Origin: an uncultured Clostridia bacterium
GTDB lineage: Bacteria > Bacillota > Clostridia > Oscillospirales > Acutalibacteraceae
Length of the DNA: 64,000 nucleotides
Direction of reading: 5' to 3'
Assembly (NCBI GenBank): GCA_947165155.1
Contig: CAMUZI010000004.1
Coordinates: 6,799-70,798, forward strand
Position numbers and translations under genes: made by a program. Within the stretch, counting starts at the first letter, position 1. The number at the start of each line of letters is the position of its first letter. Positions 10,635 through 21,310 of this stretch are shown here, piece by piece. A model generated the notes under the pieces. It saw only the letters and a list, made by a program, of their open reading frames with translations. It searched no databases and had not been told where the DNA came from.

Positions 10635-12389
10635 GTGAATAATGAGATAAATAATACTATTAGGCCAAATTCTGGTCCACCAGTTGGTAAAAGTCCATTT
10701 AGGGGCAAATTCCTCTCTAAAAAGGGAAGAGTATCTCCAATAAGAGTTATTTTTTTAGGCGGTTTAAATCAAATTGGAAAGAATATCACTGTTATAGAAT
10801 CTGAAACTGATATCATAATCGTTGATTGCGGTACGGCGTTTCCTGATGGTGAGATGTTGGGTGTTGATCTTGTTATACCTGATTTTAGTTATTTGGAGTC
10901 TAAAAGAGATAAGATACGCGGCTTGGTTGTAACTCATGGGCATGAGGATCACATTGGTGCAGTCCCATATCTTTTAAAGAAGATGAATATTCCTATTTAT
11001 TCAACTCCTCTTACTATTGGATTGATATCTTCGAAGCTCAAAGAGCGTAAGTTAATGGGAAATGCAAAGCTTTTCACGTATAGGGCTGGGCAGAGCTTCA
11101 ATGTTGGGTGCTTTAAGGTCGAATTTATACATGTAAATCACTCTATCCCAGACGCTGTTGCTCTTTGTATTTCTACTCCATGTGGGAAGATAATTCACAC
11201 TGGAGATTTTAAGATCGACTGTACTCCTTCTAGGGGGTCAATGATTGATCTTGCGAGATTTTCAACTTTAGGAAGTGAGAATATTCTCTTATTGATGGCA
11301 GACTCAACGAACGCAGACAGGGAAGGATATACGAATACAGAAAAAAATATCAACGAATCTTTTGAAAATTTGTTCAATAAAGCCGGAGATAGAAGAATTA
11401 TAATTGCTACGTTCGCTTCAAACATAGGGAGAATTCAGCAGATTATAGATTGTGCGGTTCGTAATAATAGAAAAGTTATGTTTTCTGGTCGGAGTATGTT
11501 AAATTATGTTTCTATTGCTACTGAACTAAAATACATATCGGCACCTGATGGGGTAATAGTTGATATTGATCATCTGGGAGATTATAATGCGAGTGAGGTC
11601 GTCTTGGTTACGACTGGAAGTCAAGGTGAGCCAATGTCTGCCCTGTATAATATGGCATTTTCTCAACATAGAAAGGTAGAAGTTGGGCCTAATGATTTCA
11701 TAATTATTTCTGCACATCCGATCCCAGGAAATGAGAAAATGATAAATAACGTCGTGAACGAATTGATGAATCTTGGATGTGAAGTTATATATGAATCGAT
11801 GTATGAGGTACACGTTTCTGGTCACGCGTGCCAAGAGGAACTCAAAATAATACATGGGTTGGTTAAGCCAAGATTTTTTATTCCGGTTCATGGAGAATGT
11901 AAGCATTTGAAGAAGCATTCTATGTTGGCGAAAAATATGGGAATGCAAGATTCGAATATTTATGTTGGTGGCCCTGGTGACATAGTAGAAATAACTCCGT
12001 TTTCTATGAAGTGTGTTGGAAAGGCAGAATGTGAAACCGTTATGGTTGATGGTCTTGGAGTTGGGGACGTAGGAAGTGTAGTTTTAAATGATAGAAAGCA
12101 CTTAAGTCAGGATGGAATAATTGTTGTAGTGGCTGCGGTTAGCGTAAGGGAAAAAATGGTGAAAGCGGGACCAGATATAATTTCACGTGGATTCGTATAT
12201 GTTAAAGAATCGGAAGGTTTAATGGCAACCGCGAAGCGCATAGCGTTTAAGTCAATTTCTAGTTGTTTTGATGAGGATTCGTTTGATTGGAGTAATTTGA
12301 GAACAAGGTGTCGAGATGACCTTTATAAGTATTTTCACGATAAAACACACAGGAAACCTATTATACTACCGATAATAATGGAGGTTTAA
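10635..12389 (+). CDS. rnj: Ribonuclease J
   Basis: Metallo-beta-lactamase/beta-CASP pattern with LGGLNQIGKN, THGHEDHIGAVPY and HVSGHA, about 580 aa. GTG start follows AGGAG. Confidence 0.9.
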   Translation: MNNEINNTIRPNSGPPVGKSPFRGKFLSKKGRVSPIRVIFLGGLNQIGKNITVIESETDIIIVDCGTAFPDGEMLGVDLVIPDFSYLESKRDKIRGLVVTHGHEDHIGAVPYLLKKMNIPIYSTPLTIGLISSKLKERKLMGNAKLFTYRAGQSFNVGCFKVEFIHVNHSIPDAVALCISTPCGKIIHTGDFKIDCTPSRGSMIDLARFSTLGSENILLLMADSTNADREGYTNTEKNINESFENLFNKAGDRRIIIATFASNIGRIQQIIDCAVRNNRKVMFSGRSMLNYVSIATELKYISAPDGVIVDIDHLGDYNASEVVLVTTGSQGEPMSALYNMAFSQHRKVEVGPNDFIIISAHPIPGNEKMINNVVNELMNLGCEVIYESMYEVHVSGHACQEELKIIHGLVKPRFFIPVHGECKHLKKHSMLAKNMGMQDSNIYVGGPGDIVEITPFSMKCVGKAECETVMVDGLGVGDVGSVVLNDRKHLSQDGIIVVVAAVSVREKMVKAGPDIISRGFVYVKESEGLMATAKRIAFKSISSCFDEDSFDWSNLRTRCRDDLYKYFHDKTHRKPIILPIIMEV

Positions 12390-12391
12390 AA

Positions 12392-12853
12392 GTGGCAAAA
12401 GTAGTTCTTTTGAAAGATATAGATAAATTGGGGACTGTTGGGAAAATAGTCGATGTAAAAGACGGATATGCTCGTCATTTAATTTCGAGCGGTAAGGCAG
12501 TAGTTGCTAATCAAAATGAGATTCAGAAGTCGAAAGATAGGAAATCATCGGAAGAATACGCCGAGTTGCTTGATAAGAAAGAATCTGAAAGAATTTTTGG
12601 TTTAATTAATGATCAAATTGTTGATGTGAGCGTTAAGGCTGGTGATAACGGTAAGCTACTCGAAAGTGTAACTAATGCGAAAATCTCAGATTTGATGAAA
12701 AGCAAGTTTGCCGTTGAGATACCGAAAAATAAGATAAAGATTGAAAATAACGATAATCGCATTTATTCGTTTGGTGCGCACGATGTTTCGGTACATCTTT
12801 TTAAAGATATTATTGCTAATGTTCGAGTGAATGTTGTTCAAGAAAATATTTGA
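12392..12853 (+). CDS. rplI: 50S ribosomal protein L9
   Basis: N-terminus KVVLLKDIDKLGTVGKIVDVKDGYARHLI is the L9 signature; 153 aa. Confidence 0.9.
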   Translation: MAKVVLLKDIDKLGTVGKIVDVKDGYARHLISSGKAVVANQNEIQKSKDRKSSEEYAELLDKKESERIFGLINDQIVDVSVKAGDNGKLLESVTNAKISDLMKSKFAVEIPKNKIKIENNDNRIYSFGAHDVSVHLFKDIIANVRVNVVQENI

Positions 12854-12862
12854 GGAGTTTTT

Positions 12863-13417
12863 ATGGAATCGTTATCTGATAAAGAAATAAAGTTACAAAT
12901 GGAGAAAGTATTATCTTTTTTAGATGATAACTATAAGCAAATTCACGTGGGACGCGCTAATCCTGCGATCTTAGATAGGGTTCGAGTGGATTATTACGGT
13001 TCACAAGTTCCGGTAAGTCAAATAGCAACAGTTTCATCGGAGGCAAGAAGTCTTATAATCAAGCCGTGGGATATTTCTTTATTAAAAGAGATTGACCGTT
13101 CTATTCAAAAAGAAAATTTGGGTGTAACTCCTCAAAATGATGGTGAAAAGATAAGAATAAATTTCCCTCCGCTTAGTGGTGAGGAACGTGTTCGAATTTC
13201 TAAAGAAGTTTCAAAAATGGCGGAAGATGCAAAAGTATCAATTAGGAACGTTCGCAGAGATTTTATCTCAAAAATAAACAATCTGAAAAAAAACAAAGAT
13301 ATAACAGAGGATGAAGCTTCAAGATCGGAAAAGAAAGTTCAAGAGTGTACAGATTCCTTTGTAAAGAAGATTGATTCCCTCAAGGAAGTCAAAACGAAAC
13401 AAGTTATGGAGGTCTAA
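12863..13417 (+). CDS. frr: Ribosome recycling factor
   Basis: 184 aa with HVGRANPAILDRVRVDYYG and SIRNVRRD motifs. Confidence 0.95.
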   Translation: MESLSDKEIKLQMEKVLSFLDDNYKQIHVGRANPAILDRVRVDYYGSQVPVSQIATVSSEARSLIIKPWDISLLKEIDRSIQKENLGVTPQNDGEKIRINFPPLSGEERVRISKEVSKMAEDAKVSIRNVRRDFISKINNLKKNKDITEDEASRSEKKVQECTDSFVKKIDSLKEVKTKQVMEV

Positions 13418-13467
13418 AAATTTTAGATTATTCGAAGTTAGTAGTTCCAAAACATGTTGCTATCATA

Positions 13468-14130
13468 ATGGATGGGAATAGAAGATGGTCTAAAGCTCGT
13501 TTTGTGCCAAATAGTGCTGGATACTTTGAGGGTTCTAAGGTTGCTCGTCGTATAGTTCAATATGCTCAGAAGATCGGTGTTGAGTATTTGACTCTGTTTG
13601 CGTTTTCTAGTGAAAATTGGAAGAGATCGAAGCAAGAAGTAGATTTTTTGATGTCTTTTTTTTACTCAAAATTGAAAGAACTAGTTATTAGAAAACTAAA
13701 AAGCGTTAGATTAAGATTCATAGGAAGAAAAACTAAAATTTCAGATAAGCTTGTTCACCTAATGGAGGAGGTTGAAGCGGAATCTAATTCGAATAATGGC
13801 ATAATAGTTAACATAGCGATAGACTATGGTTCAAGAGGGGAAATAGTCAATGCCTTAAAGAAAGTTTTTGAGGACGTTTCTTCTGGAAAAATTTTGATAG
13901 ACGAATTAAATGAGGGATTATTTAATAATTATTTGTATACAGGCGGGGCTCCTGATGTTGATTTGTTTATAAGAACAGCTGGTGAGAATCGTTTTTCTAA
14001 TTTTCTTTTATGGCAGTCTGCATATGCTGAATTTGTGAGCACAAAAGTTCTTTGGCCAGATTTTTCAAATGAAGATCTTGACAGCGCCATTTTGGAGTTC
14101 AATAAGAGGAATCGTACGTTTGGGTGTTGA
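13468..14130 (+). CDS. uppS: Undecaprenyl-diphosphate synthase (5-prime end uncertain)
   Basis: MDGNRRW, LTLFAFSSENWKRS and IRTAGENRFSNFLLWQSAYAEF. The conserved VPKHVAIIMDGN continues in frame upstream of ATG 13468 without a canonical start (see findings). Confidence 0.9.
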   Translation: MDGNRRWSKARFVPNSAGYFEGSKVARRIVQYAQKIGVEYLTLFAFSSENWKRSKQEVDFLMSFFYSKLKELVIRKLKSVRLRFIGRKTKISDKLVHLMEEVEAESNSNNGIIVNIAIDYGSRGEIVNALKKVFEDVSSGKILIDELNEGLFNNYLYTGGAPDVDLFIRTAGENRFSNFLLWQSAYAEFVSTKVLWPDFSNEDLDSAILEFNKRNRTFGC

Positions 14131-14244
14131 TTTCTTTATGACATATTTTTTATTTGAAAATTTAGTTATTTAGGTGTAGAATAGTATTGTTAGCAGTGTG
14201 CTTGCATTTACGGTGTTCAAGTTATTTTTACGAGGTGATGTTTT

Positions 14245-14670
14245 ATGGGTATGATGGAAGATCTTTATATAAAAATTCGCGATAAGGTGAACGAACTTGG
14301 TAAGACCACGGGGAAGTATGTTGATATATCTAAGTTGAAAATCAAAGTTGCTGAATGCGAAAATGATATTAGTATCAAGAAGCAAAAGATAGGGAATATA
14401 GTTTTTGAGCGCATACAAAGTGGTGATAGTTTCGATGTCTCTGATGTTATTGATATAGTTGGCGAGATAAAAGATCTCATGAAATCGAAAGTTGAGTATG
14501 AGACTAAGATTAATAAACTCAAAGGTAAGTGTGTTTGTGGTGTCTGTAAGTCTTTGAATAACTATGATGCGCAGTATTGTTCTTCGTGCGGTAATGATCT
14601 TTCCTCTGATGACTCTTGCAAGCATGAGCAAGAAGATGATGGCAAAATTGATTCTACAGAAGTTAATTGA
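14245..14670 (+). CDS. Coiled-coil protein with C-terminal zinc ribbon
   Basis: CVCGVCKSLNNYDAQYCSSCGNDL (CxxC-x10-CxxC) follows a heptad-like region. RBS GAGGTG lies upstream. Confidence 0.6.
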   Translation: MGMMEDLYIKIRDKVNELGKTTGKYVDISKLKIKVAECENDISIKKQKIGNIVFERIQSGDSFDVSDVIDIVGEIKDLMKSKVEYETKINKLKGKCVCGVCKSLNNYDAQYCSSCGNDLSSDDSCKHEQEDDGKIDSTEVN

Positions 14671-14685
14671 TTGTGATTTTATTTA

Positions 14686-15765
14686 ATGATTGTTTCGCTT
14701 ATAATTGTTGCAAGAGATGCTGCTAGTTCTCTTCCTAATCTTTTTGATGATATTTTGAATCAGGTTTATGATAAAAAGAAGATCCAGTTGATATTTGTCG
14801 ATAGCATGTCATGTGATGATACATTTGGGATGTTTAGAAACTTCAAGAATTGCCACAATGAGGAGTTTCTGTCAGTGGTTTTGAAAAAGAATCCGAAGAA
14901 AATTTTGCCATGTGGGTGCAATATTGCTTTAAAAGAAGTTGTAGGTGATCTTGTCGTCAGAGTTGATGCTCATTCGCGTATAGAGAGTGATTTTATTTCA
15001 AATAATGTCCTTTTGCATGAACGAGGAAAGTTTATAACCGGTGGTACTACGCGAAACATATCAGATGGTGAATCTAGTTATAAAAAATTGATATTATTTC
15101 TTGACGATTCGTTGTTTGGTTCTGGCATTGCAAGATTTAGAAGTAGCAAAAAAAGTGAGTATGTTAGCACTTTGGCTTATGCTATGTATGATGTTTGTGT
15201 TTTTAGAGATGTTGGAGGATATGATGAGCGTCTTGCAAGGACCGAAGATAACGAAATTCACTATAGGATGCGAAAAAAGGGGTATAAGTTCTTTTTGAGT
15301 GGAAATATATGTTCGTATCATTATGTGCGCGGGAATTTGTCTTCTATGCTTAAACAAAAGTTTTTGAATGGCAAGTGGATTGGACTAACGTTGGGGATTT
15401 CTCCTAAGTGTTTTTCTGTTTATCATTTTGTTCCTTTTTTGTTTGTAATTTCTATTTTATTTTCTCTAGTTGCACTTTTATTTTCGATTAAATTTCCTAT
15501 TCTTATTTTAGGTACTTCTTATCTTATGGCGGATTTACTTATGTTTATTTTTTCATTAAAGGGCACAAAGTTCGAATTCATATATTTGTTATCTCCAATT
15601 TTGTTTTTTTGCCTACATATATTTTATGGTTTTGGTACACTGGTCGGTTTGATTATTCTTCCATTTTGGAAGTCAAAAAGCGAAAATCATAAATGCGATG
15701 AAATAGAAAACATAAAAAGGATATTTGAAAAACAATCGATTGATAGTGAAAGAATGCTAAATTGA
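14686..15765 (+). CDS. Family-2 glycosyltransferase with C-terminal membrane domain
   Basis: N-terminal GT-A pattern (VSLIIVARDAASSL, VDSMSCDDT, RVDAHS, TEDNEIHYRMRKKGY) followed by about four hydrophobic helices. Confidence 0.75.
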   Translation: MIVSLIIVARDAASSLPNLFDDILNQVYDKKKIQLIFVDSMSCDDTFGMFRNFKNCHNEEFLSVVLKKNPKKILPCGCNIALKEVVGDLVVRVDAHSRIESDFISNNVLLHERGKFITGGTTRNISDGESSYKKLILFLDDSLFGSGIARFRSSKKSEYVSTLAYAMYDVCVFRDVGGYDERLARTEDNEIHYRMRKKGYKFFLSGNICSYHYVRGNLSSMLKQKFLNGKWIGLTLGISPKCFSVYHFVPFLFVISILFSLVALLFSIKFPILILGTSYLMADLLMFIFSLKGTKFEFIYLLSPILFFCLHIFYGFGTLVGLIILPFWKSKSENHKCDEIENIKRIFEKQSIDSERMLN

Positions 15766-16136
15766 GTATAAATTACGAAACACAGAAGTACCATGAACAA
15801 AGGTGAGGTACTAAAAATTATGTAAGCGGCAGAATTTATTTTTTATTCTAAAACATTAGGCTTTTGATTTTTTACATTATAATACATTTATAATTTGTTT
15901 TATTAACCTATCTCTATTAGCTATTTAGTTTTATATGCTAACTTGAGTGTAAAATATAATGAATTTAATATTTTAATTTAGAATATGCTCCACTTATGTT
16001 GCTCCAGATTTTTTTATTTTGGAGTATTTTTATATTTTGCACAGTTTATTTATGTTTAATAATATTTTTATTTGTTGTTCTTTTCGTAGTTGATATAATA
16101 ATCTTGTTTCATTTTGGAAGTTTTTGAGGTATGACT

Positions 16137-17069
16137 ATGCGTGAAGTTATAATTGTTGGTGCAGGGCCCGCAGGTATGACATCTGCTATTTATTTGGCGC
16201 GTGCGGGATTTCATCCTTTGATTCTGGAAAAAGAATTTTATGGCGGAAAAATGAATTATACTAATAAAATAAAGAACTATCCTGGATTTGATGATATTTC
16301 AGGTGTTGATCTTTCTGAAAAGATGTTTGGATGTGTCAAGGGGTTAAATGTTGAGTTTGAGTATGCCAATATCATAGATTCACGTCTATCAGAAAATATC
16401 AAAGTATTAGTATCTTCTAACCAAAAGGAATACAAAGCAAATTGTGTAATAATATCCACTGGTCTTAAAACGAGATATTTAAAGTGTAAGGGTGAAGATG
16501 AGTTCAAAGGTAGGGGAGTGTCATATTGTGCTACTTGCGATGGCTTTTTCTTTAAGAATCTTGATGTTTGTGTGATAGGGAATGGAAGCGTAGCAATTGA
16601 AGAGGCTATTTATCTTTCTTCGATCTGTAGTAAAGTATTTTTGATAATAAAAGATAAGTTTATTAATGCTGATGATAATGCTATTCAAATGGTAAGTGAA
16701 AATGACAAAATAGAAGTTATGTTGAATACGTCTGTAAAAGAGATCAAAGGAAATGATAAAGTAGAATCCTTAGTTGTTAAGTCATCTGATAAAGAATTTG
16801 AATTGAATTTGCGCGGAGTGTTTATATCTCTTGGAAGCGAACCTGAGGGAAGTGCTTTTTCTGAGTTAAAATCAAATGAGTTTGGATATTTTGAATCAAA
16901 TGAATTATGTGAAACTAACATAGATGGCGTGTTTGTTGCGGGAGATTGTAGAAATAAGTTTTTACGTCAAATAGTTACTGCTACCTCCGATGGTGCAATA
17001 GCGGCTTCTCGTGCTGTAAAGTATATAAAAATGCTATCTAAAAAATGTGTTATGTCGAAAAGCTTATGA
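16137..17069 (+). CDS. trxB: Thioredoxin-disulfide reductase
   Basis: VIIVGAGPAGMTSAIY (FAD fold), redox-active CATCDG, and a second GxGxxA nucleotide-binding motif. ATG 16137 has better spacing to GAGGT than ATG 16131. Confidence 0.92.
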   Translation: MREVIIVGAGPAGMTSAIYLARAGFHPLILEKEFYGGKMNYTNKIKNYPGFDDISGVDLSEKMFGCVKGLNVEFEYANIIDSRLSENIKVLVSSNQKEYKANCVIISTGLKTRYLKCKGEDEFKGRGVSYCATCDGFFFKNLDVCVIGNGSVAIEEAIYLSSICSKVFLIIKDKFINADDNAIQMVSENDKIEVMLNTSVKEIKGNDKVESLVVKSSDKEFELNLRGVFISLGSEPEGSAFSELKSNEFGYFESNELCETNIDGVFVAGDCRNKFLRQIVTATSDGAIAASRAVKYIKMLSKKCVMSKSL

Positions 17070-18130
17070 TTGATTTTCTTAAAGATATAAAATCCATGAC
17101 TCTAGAAGAGTTAATAGGCGATTTTGCTTCTATGGGATTAAAAAAATATAAAGCAGAACAAACTTTTAAATGGATATCAAAAAATGTGAAGTCGTTCGAT
17201 GATATGTCGGATTTATCGAAAGATTTGCGTTCAATTTTAAAACAGAAGTACAAAATAATTAGTGCCAAAATTTTAAAGCGATTGGAATCTAAAGACGGCA
17301 CTAAGAAGTTTATTTTTGAACTAGAAGATGGTGCAATAATCGAGTCAGTTCTAATGAAGTATAAGTTTGGATATTCTGTTTGTGCTTCTACTCAGGTGGG
17401 ATGTAAAATGCGATGTAAATTTTGTGCAAATTCTAATTTGACTTTTTCTAGAAATCTTTATGCATCGGAGATTTTATCCCAAGTTCAAGAGATATCATCA
17501 AACGAAGGAGTTACGGTATCTAATATAACTCTTATGGGGGTTGGTGAACCGTTTGATAACTACGAGAATGTAATTAAGTTTATAAAAATAGCAACATCTC
17601 AGAAAGGAATGTCTATCGGTATGCGTCGAATTTCTATTTCTACGTGCGGCATTTGTGATAAGATTATTAGGTTTGCAGATGAAAAAATAAGTGCTACCCT
17701 TTCAGTATCTTTGCATTCAGTCGATGATAGTATTAGAAGTTCTATAATGCCAATAAATAAAGCATTTGGAGTAGAAGAATTAAAAAAAGCTTGCAGATAT
17801 TATAATAAAGTCTCTAACAAAAGAATTTCATTTGAATACATAATGCTTAATGGAATAAATGATTCTAAAAAAGACGCTAAAAATTTATCGTTATTTCTCA
17901 AAGATTTAATATCACATGTGAATTTGATTCCCGCTAACAATGTGAAGTATAATGGCCTGAGTGCTACGTCGACTGAGCGAATATATGTTTTTGCAAATTG
18001 GCTAATGTCTTTTGGTGTGAACGTAACGATTCGTAGAACTTTAGGGCCTGATATAGATGCGTCATGTGGTCAGCTGAGAGCGAAATTTTTAAGCGGAGAA
18101 AATTATGAATGTAGTTTCAAAGACCGATAA
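17066..18130 (+). CDS. rlmN: 23S rRNA/tRNA adenine-C2 methyltransferase RlmN (radical SAM)
   Basis: CKMRCKFCAN radical-SAM cluster, MGVGEPFDNYENV and DASCGQLR. ATG 17066 overlaps the trxB stop (ATGA). Confidence 0.92.
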   Translation: MIDFLKDIKSMTLEELIGDFASMGLKKYKAEQTFKWISKNVKSFDDMSDLSKDLRSILKQKYKIISAKILKRLESKDGTKKFIFELEDGAIIESVLMKYKFGYSVCASTQVGCKMRCKFCANSNLTFSRNLYASEILSQVQEISSNEGVTVSNITLMGVGEPFDNYENVIKFIKIATSQKGMSIGMRRISISTCGICDKIIRFADEKISATLSVSLHSVDDSIRSSIMPINKAFGVEELKKACRYYNKVSNKRISFEYIMLNGINDSKKDAKNLSLFLKDLISHVNLIPANNVKYNGLSATSTERIYVFANWLMSFGVNVTIRRTLGPDIDASCGQLRAKFLSGENYECSFKDR

Positions 18131-18812
18131 AGGATTAGTTCGCAAGACAAATCAAGATTCAGTGAAATCGCTAGTACTAAGTGATTGGTGCCTTTCGGTT
18201 GTTTGCGATGGAATAGGAGGAACTTCTGGAGGTGATATTGCGAGTAAAATTGCATCTAGCTTCATTTGTGATTATTTTAGTAAATTTAAATCAGATGACA
18301 TAAAAAAAATGATGTTTGAAAGTTTTTCTCTTGCAAATGAAGAAATTTTAAAAATAGCTCGGGAAAATGCTAGTGTCTCTGAGCTTGGGACTACGTGTGT
18401 TGCAGCATTTGTTTCCTCCAAGGGAAGTGTATATATTTCTAACGTCGGTGATAGTCGTGCGTATATTATTTCGAAGTCTTGTATAAAGCAAATTACAGAA
18501 GATCATTCGATAGTTAACCAATTGGTCATGGAGGGAAAAATTACTCCTGAGCAAGCAAGATCTGCACCAAATAAAAATATCATCACTCGCGCACTCGGGT
18601 GCAGTAATTCTCATCCGGATTATTATAGTTTGAGTATGAAAGATGGAGATAAAATTCTTCTTTGCACTGATGGTTTATCTAATCACGTTTCCGATGATGA
18701 AATTTATGATATAGTTTCAAATAATTCTCCCAGTGAATCGTTAGAGAGGATGATCAATAAGGCTAATTCTTCTGGCGGAACTGATAATATAACCGTTTCT
18801 ATTATTTTTTAA
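18105..18812 (+). CDS. PP2C-family Ser/Thr protein phosphatase
   Basis: TDKGLVRKTNQDS, VCDGIGG, GDSRAY, LCTDGLS and GGTDNITV. Confidence 0.92.
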   Translation: MNVVSKTDKGLVRKTNQDSVKSLVLSDWCLSVVCDGIGGTSGGDIASKIASSFICDYFSKFKSDDIKKMMFESFSLANEEILKIARENASVSELGTTCVAAFVSSKGSVYISNVGDSRAYIISKSCIKQITEDHSIVNQLVMEGKITPEQARSAPNKNIITRALGCSNSHPDYYSLSMKDGDKILLCTDGLSNHVSDDEIYDIVSNNSPSESLERMINKANSSGGTDNITVSIIF

Positions 18813-18827
18813 TTTTCGGAGGAAACT

Positions 18828-20762
18828 TTGGATAGGTACGTAGGTAAAAGACTAGATGCTAGATACGAAGTTCACGAGTTAATCGGCGTTGGAGGAATGG
18901 CCCTTGTTTATAAAGCTTATGATGTTATTGAAGCTAGAAATGTTGCTATAAAAATTCTCAAAGATGAGTATTTTGGCGATAAAGAGTTTATGAGAAGGTT
19001 TCAAAACGAATCTAAAGCGATTTCTGTTCTTTCGCATCCGAATATAGTTAAAGTTCTGAATGTAAGTTTTGGAACTAATTTTCAATATATAGTCATGGAG
19101 TTTATATCTGGTGTAACGTTAAAAGAATATATGGCAAGTAATGGTAAGATCAATTGGCGCGATGCATTAAAGATAATAGAGCAAGTTCTTAGTGCACTTT
19201 CGCATGCACATTCAATGGGGGTTATCCATAGAGATATAAAACCACAGAATATTATGATTTCCGATGATGGCTCTGTTAAAGTCATGGATTTTGGAATCGC
19301 GCGATTTTTTAACAGTAAAACTCAAACCATGACCAATCGAACCATAGGTTCGGTACATTATATTTCTCCTGAGCAGGCCAAAGGATTCCCTTCTAATGTT
19401 CGTTCAGACATATATTCTGTTGGCGTTATGCTTTATGAGATGTTGACTAATAAATTGCCTTTTGAGGCTGATAATGCAGTTTCTGTTGCGATAATGCAGA
19501 TGCAGGTAAATCCTCAGCCCTTGAGGAAAATTGATCCGTTAATTCCACAAGCACTTGAAGAGATTACTTTAAAAGCCATGCAAAAAGACCAAGAAAATAG
19601 ATATTCCTCCGCTAATGAGATGCTAAAAGATATTTACGATTTTAGAAATAATAATAATATAAAATTTGGGTATGATTCATGTTTTGTTGACGATAGTCCT
19701 ACCCGAGTTTTGTCTAGTGGTGCGGTAAATTCCATCAAAGATAACAAGGAAGAAGAAAAGGAGAAGAAGAAAAAAACGTTATTCATAGTTGGTGGAATTA
19801 CTGCTACATTAGTTATATTTTCCCTAGCGTTTATGTTCATAACTATGTTTACTTCTTTTGGAAACACTAAGAATGTTGATGTTCCAAATTTTATAGGAAT
19901 GAATATTTCTGAGATTGAAAATAATAGAAGTTATAAATTTCACTTTCAGGTAGAGAAAGTATACGATCCTCTTAGGCCAGAGGGTGTAGTTTTAGATCAA
20001 AATCCACTTGCTAACTCGAAGCAAGTCAAATCGAATGCGACCATAATATTGAAAGTGAATAGTTCTGGTGTTCTGACGCTTGTACCATCAGTTTCTGGTT
20101 TGACTGAAAGCGAAGCAAAATTAAAACTATCGAATGCAGGATTTGATTTTGAAACCATAATGGTCGAAGATAGTTCCGTTCCGCAAGGTAAAGTTGTAAG
20201 AACAGATCCAAGTGGTGATACAAAAGCCCCAGCAAAATCGATAGTTAAACTATTTGTAAGTAAGGGAACGGATAACTCTTCAATTAAGATACCGAACGTA
20301 ATAGGTAAGATATTTGAAAATGCAAAAAATGAATTGGAAACTTTGGGGCTTAAAGTATCTTCTAATGTAAAGTATGAAAAGAGTGATAAACCAAAAAATA
20401 CGGTTATATTGTGTTCACCACTCCCTGGAAATTCTGTGCAAGCTGGCTCTTCAGTAGATCTTACGTTATCTTCAGGCGAAAAACGAGAAAAAACTTTGGA
20501 ACTCAACGTCGATTTGCCTAGAACTGGAGGAGATTTAAACATAAGAGTTTATGTAGACGGAGAACTTGATAATTCGAAAACTACTACAGTGGATTCCTCG
20601 TATACACTTAGTAAGTCATTTAAATTTAAAGGTTCCCAGGGAGTAAAAGAGGTTAGAATAAAGATAAATGACGAGCTTTACAAAGTATATAAATTAGACT
20701 TTGATAAATCTGAAATATATGTGGGGGAACGTGTACCAGATAGCATAGTTGAAAAAACATAA
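18828..20762 (+). CDS. prkC: Ser/Thr protein kinase with PASTA repeats (PrkC-like)
   Basis: Hanks kinase motifs (GVGGMALVYKA, HRDIKPQNI, DFGIAR, SPEQA), one TM helix, then three PASTA-like repeats (VPNFIGM.., VPSVSGLTESEAK.., IPNVIGKIFENAK..). TTG start follows GGAGG. Confidence 0.92.
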   Translation: MDRYVGKRLDARYEVHELIGVGGMALVYKAYDVIEARNVAIKILKDEYFGDKEFMRRFQNESKAISVLSHPNIVKVLNVSFGTNFQYIVMEFISGVTLKEYMASNGKINWRDALKIIEQVLSALSHAHSMGVIHRDIKPQNIMISDDGSVKVMDFGIARFFNSKTQTMTNRTIGSVHYISPEQAKGFPSNVRSDIYSVGVMLYEMLTNKLPFEADNAVSVAIMQMQVNPQPLRKIDPLIPQALEEITLKAMQKDQENRYSSANEMLKDIYDFRNNNNIKFGYDSCFVDDSPTRVLSSGAVNSIKDNKEEEKEKKKKTLFIVGGITATLVIFSLAFMFITMFTSFGNTKNVDVPNFIGMNISEIENNRSYKFHFQVEKVYDPLRPEGVVLDQNPLANSKQVKSNATIILKVNSSGVLTLVPSVSGLTESEAKLKLSNAGFDFETIMVEDSSVPQGKVVRTDPSGDTKAPAKSIVKLFVSKGTDNSSIKIPNVIGKIFENAKNELETLGLKVSSNVKYEKSDKPKNTVILCSPLPGNSVQAGSSVDLTLSSGEKREKTLELNVDLPRTGGDLNIRVYVDGELDNSKTTTVDSSYTLSKSFKFKGSQGVKEVRIKINDELYKVYKLDFDKSEIYVGERVPDSIVEKT

Positions 20763-21310
20763 GATTTTCATCGTAACATATGCATTTCCTTCTATTACTA
20801 CTTATTTGTGGTAGAAATTAATAGGTATGTTGTTATTTAGTAATTTTATGGCAAGCTTCGAGTATTACCATGCTGGTTTGTGTTATTTGCGATTTTATGA
20901 ATAGGGCGTATTGCGAATGTGAAGTTAAAGTTTTCATTATATTTAAATAAGTTGTCTACATGCACATTGAGGTTATGTGCAAGAATGTTTACTTGCTAAG
21001 TGATACTGTTGTTGCTTGCTATTACAAATTGTACGAAGACATAAAGCAAATGAAAGTATAAAATTGTCTCTTTGATATGTCTTTTCATATTGTTGACTAT
21101 ATATTTCAAATTATCTAGCACAAAAGATTTATTCATACATAATTCACCTCGCAAAGGGTAATTTTTTTATGCATTCATTGTTTTATTGAATATAAAAAAG
21201 TCAAGTTTTGAAAATAAATAGTAAATTATATACAATAAAAATAAATTGATCTATTAGAAAAACATTGTGTTTTGTGAGAGAATAGTCATAGTAAACTGAT
21301 GAGAGGAAAC

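Noticed and set aside
15766-16130. AT-rich intergenic regions near the gyrase genes (also 20763-21298) as possible oriC
   Set aside because: No TTATCCACA-type DnaA boxes were seen on either strand, and dnaA/dnaN are absent from the window.
20980-21090. 29-codon minus-strand ORF (MKRHIKETILYFHLLYVFVQFVIASNNSIT) in the prkC-gyrA spacer
   Set aside because: It has no ribosome-binding site, no conservation signal and AT-rich chance-ORF statistics.
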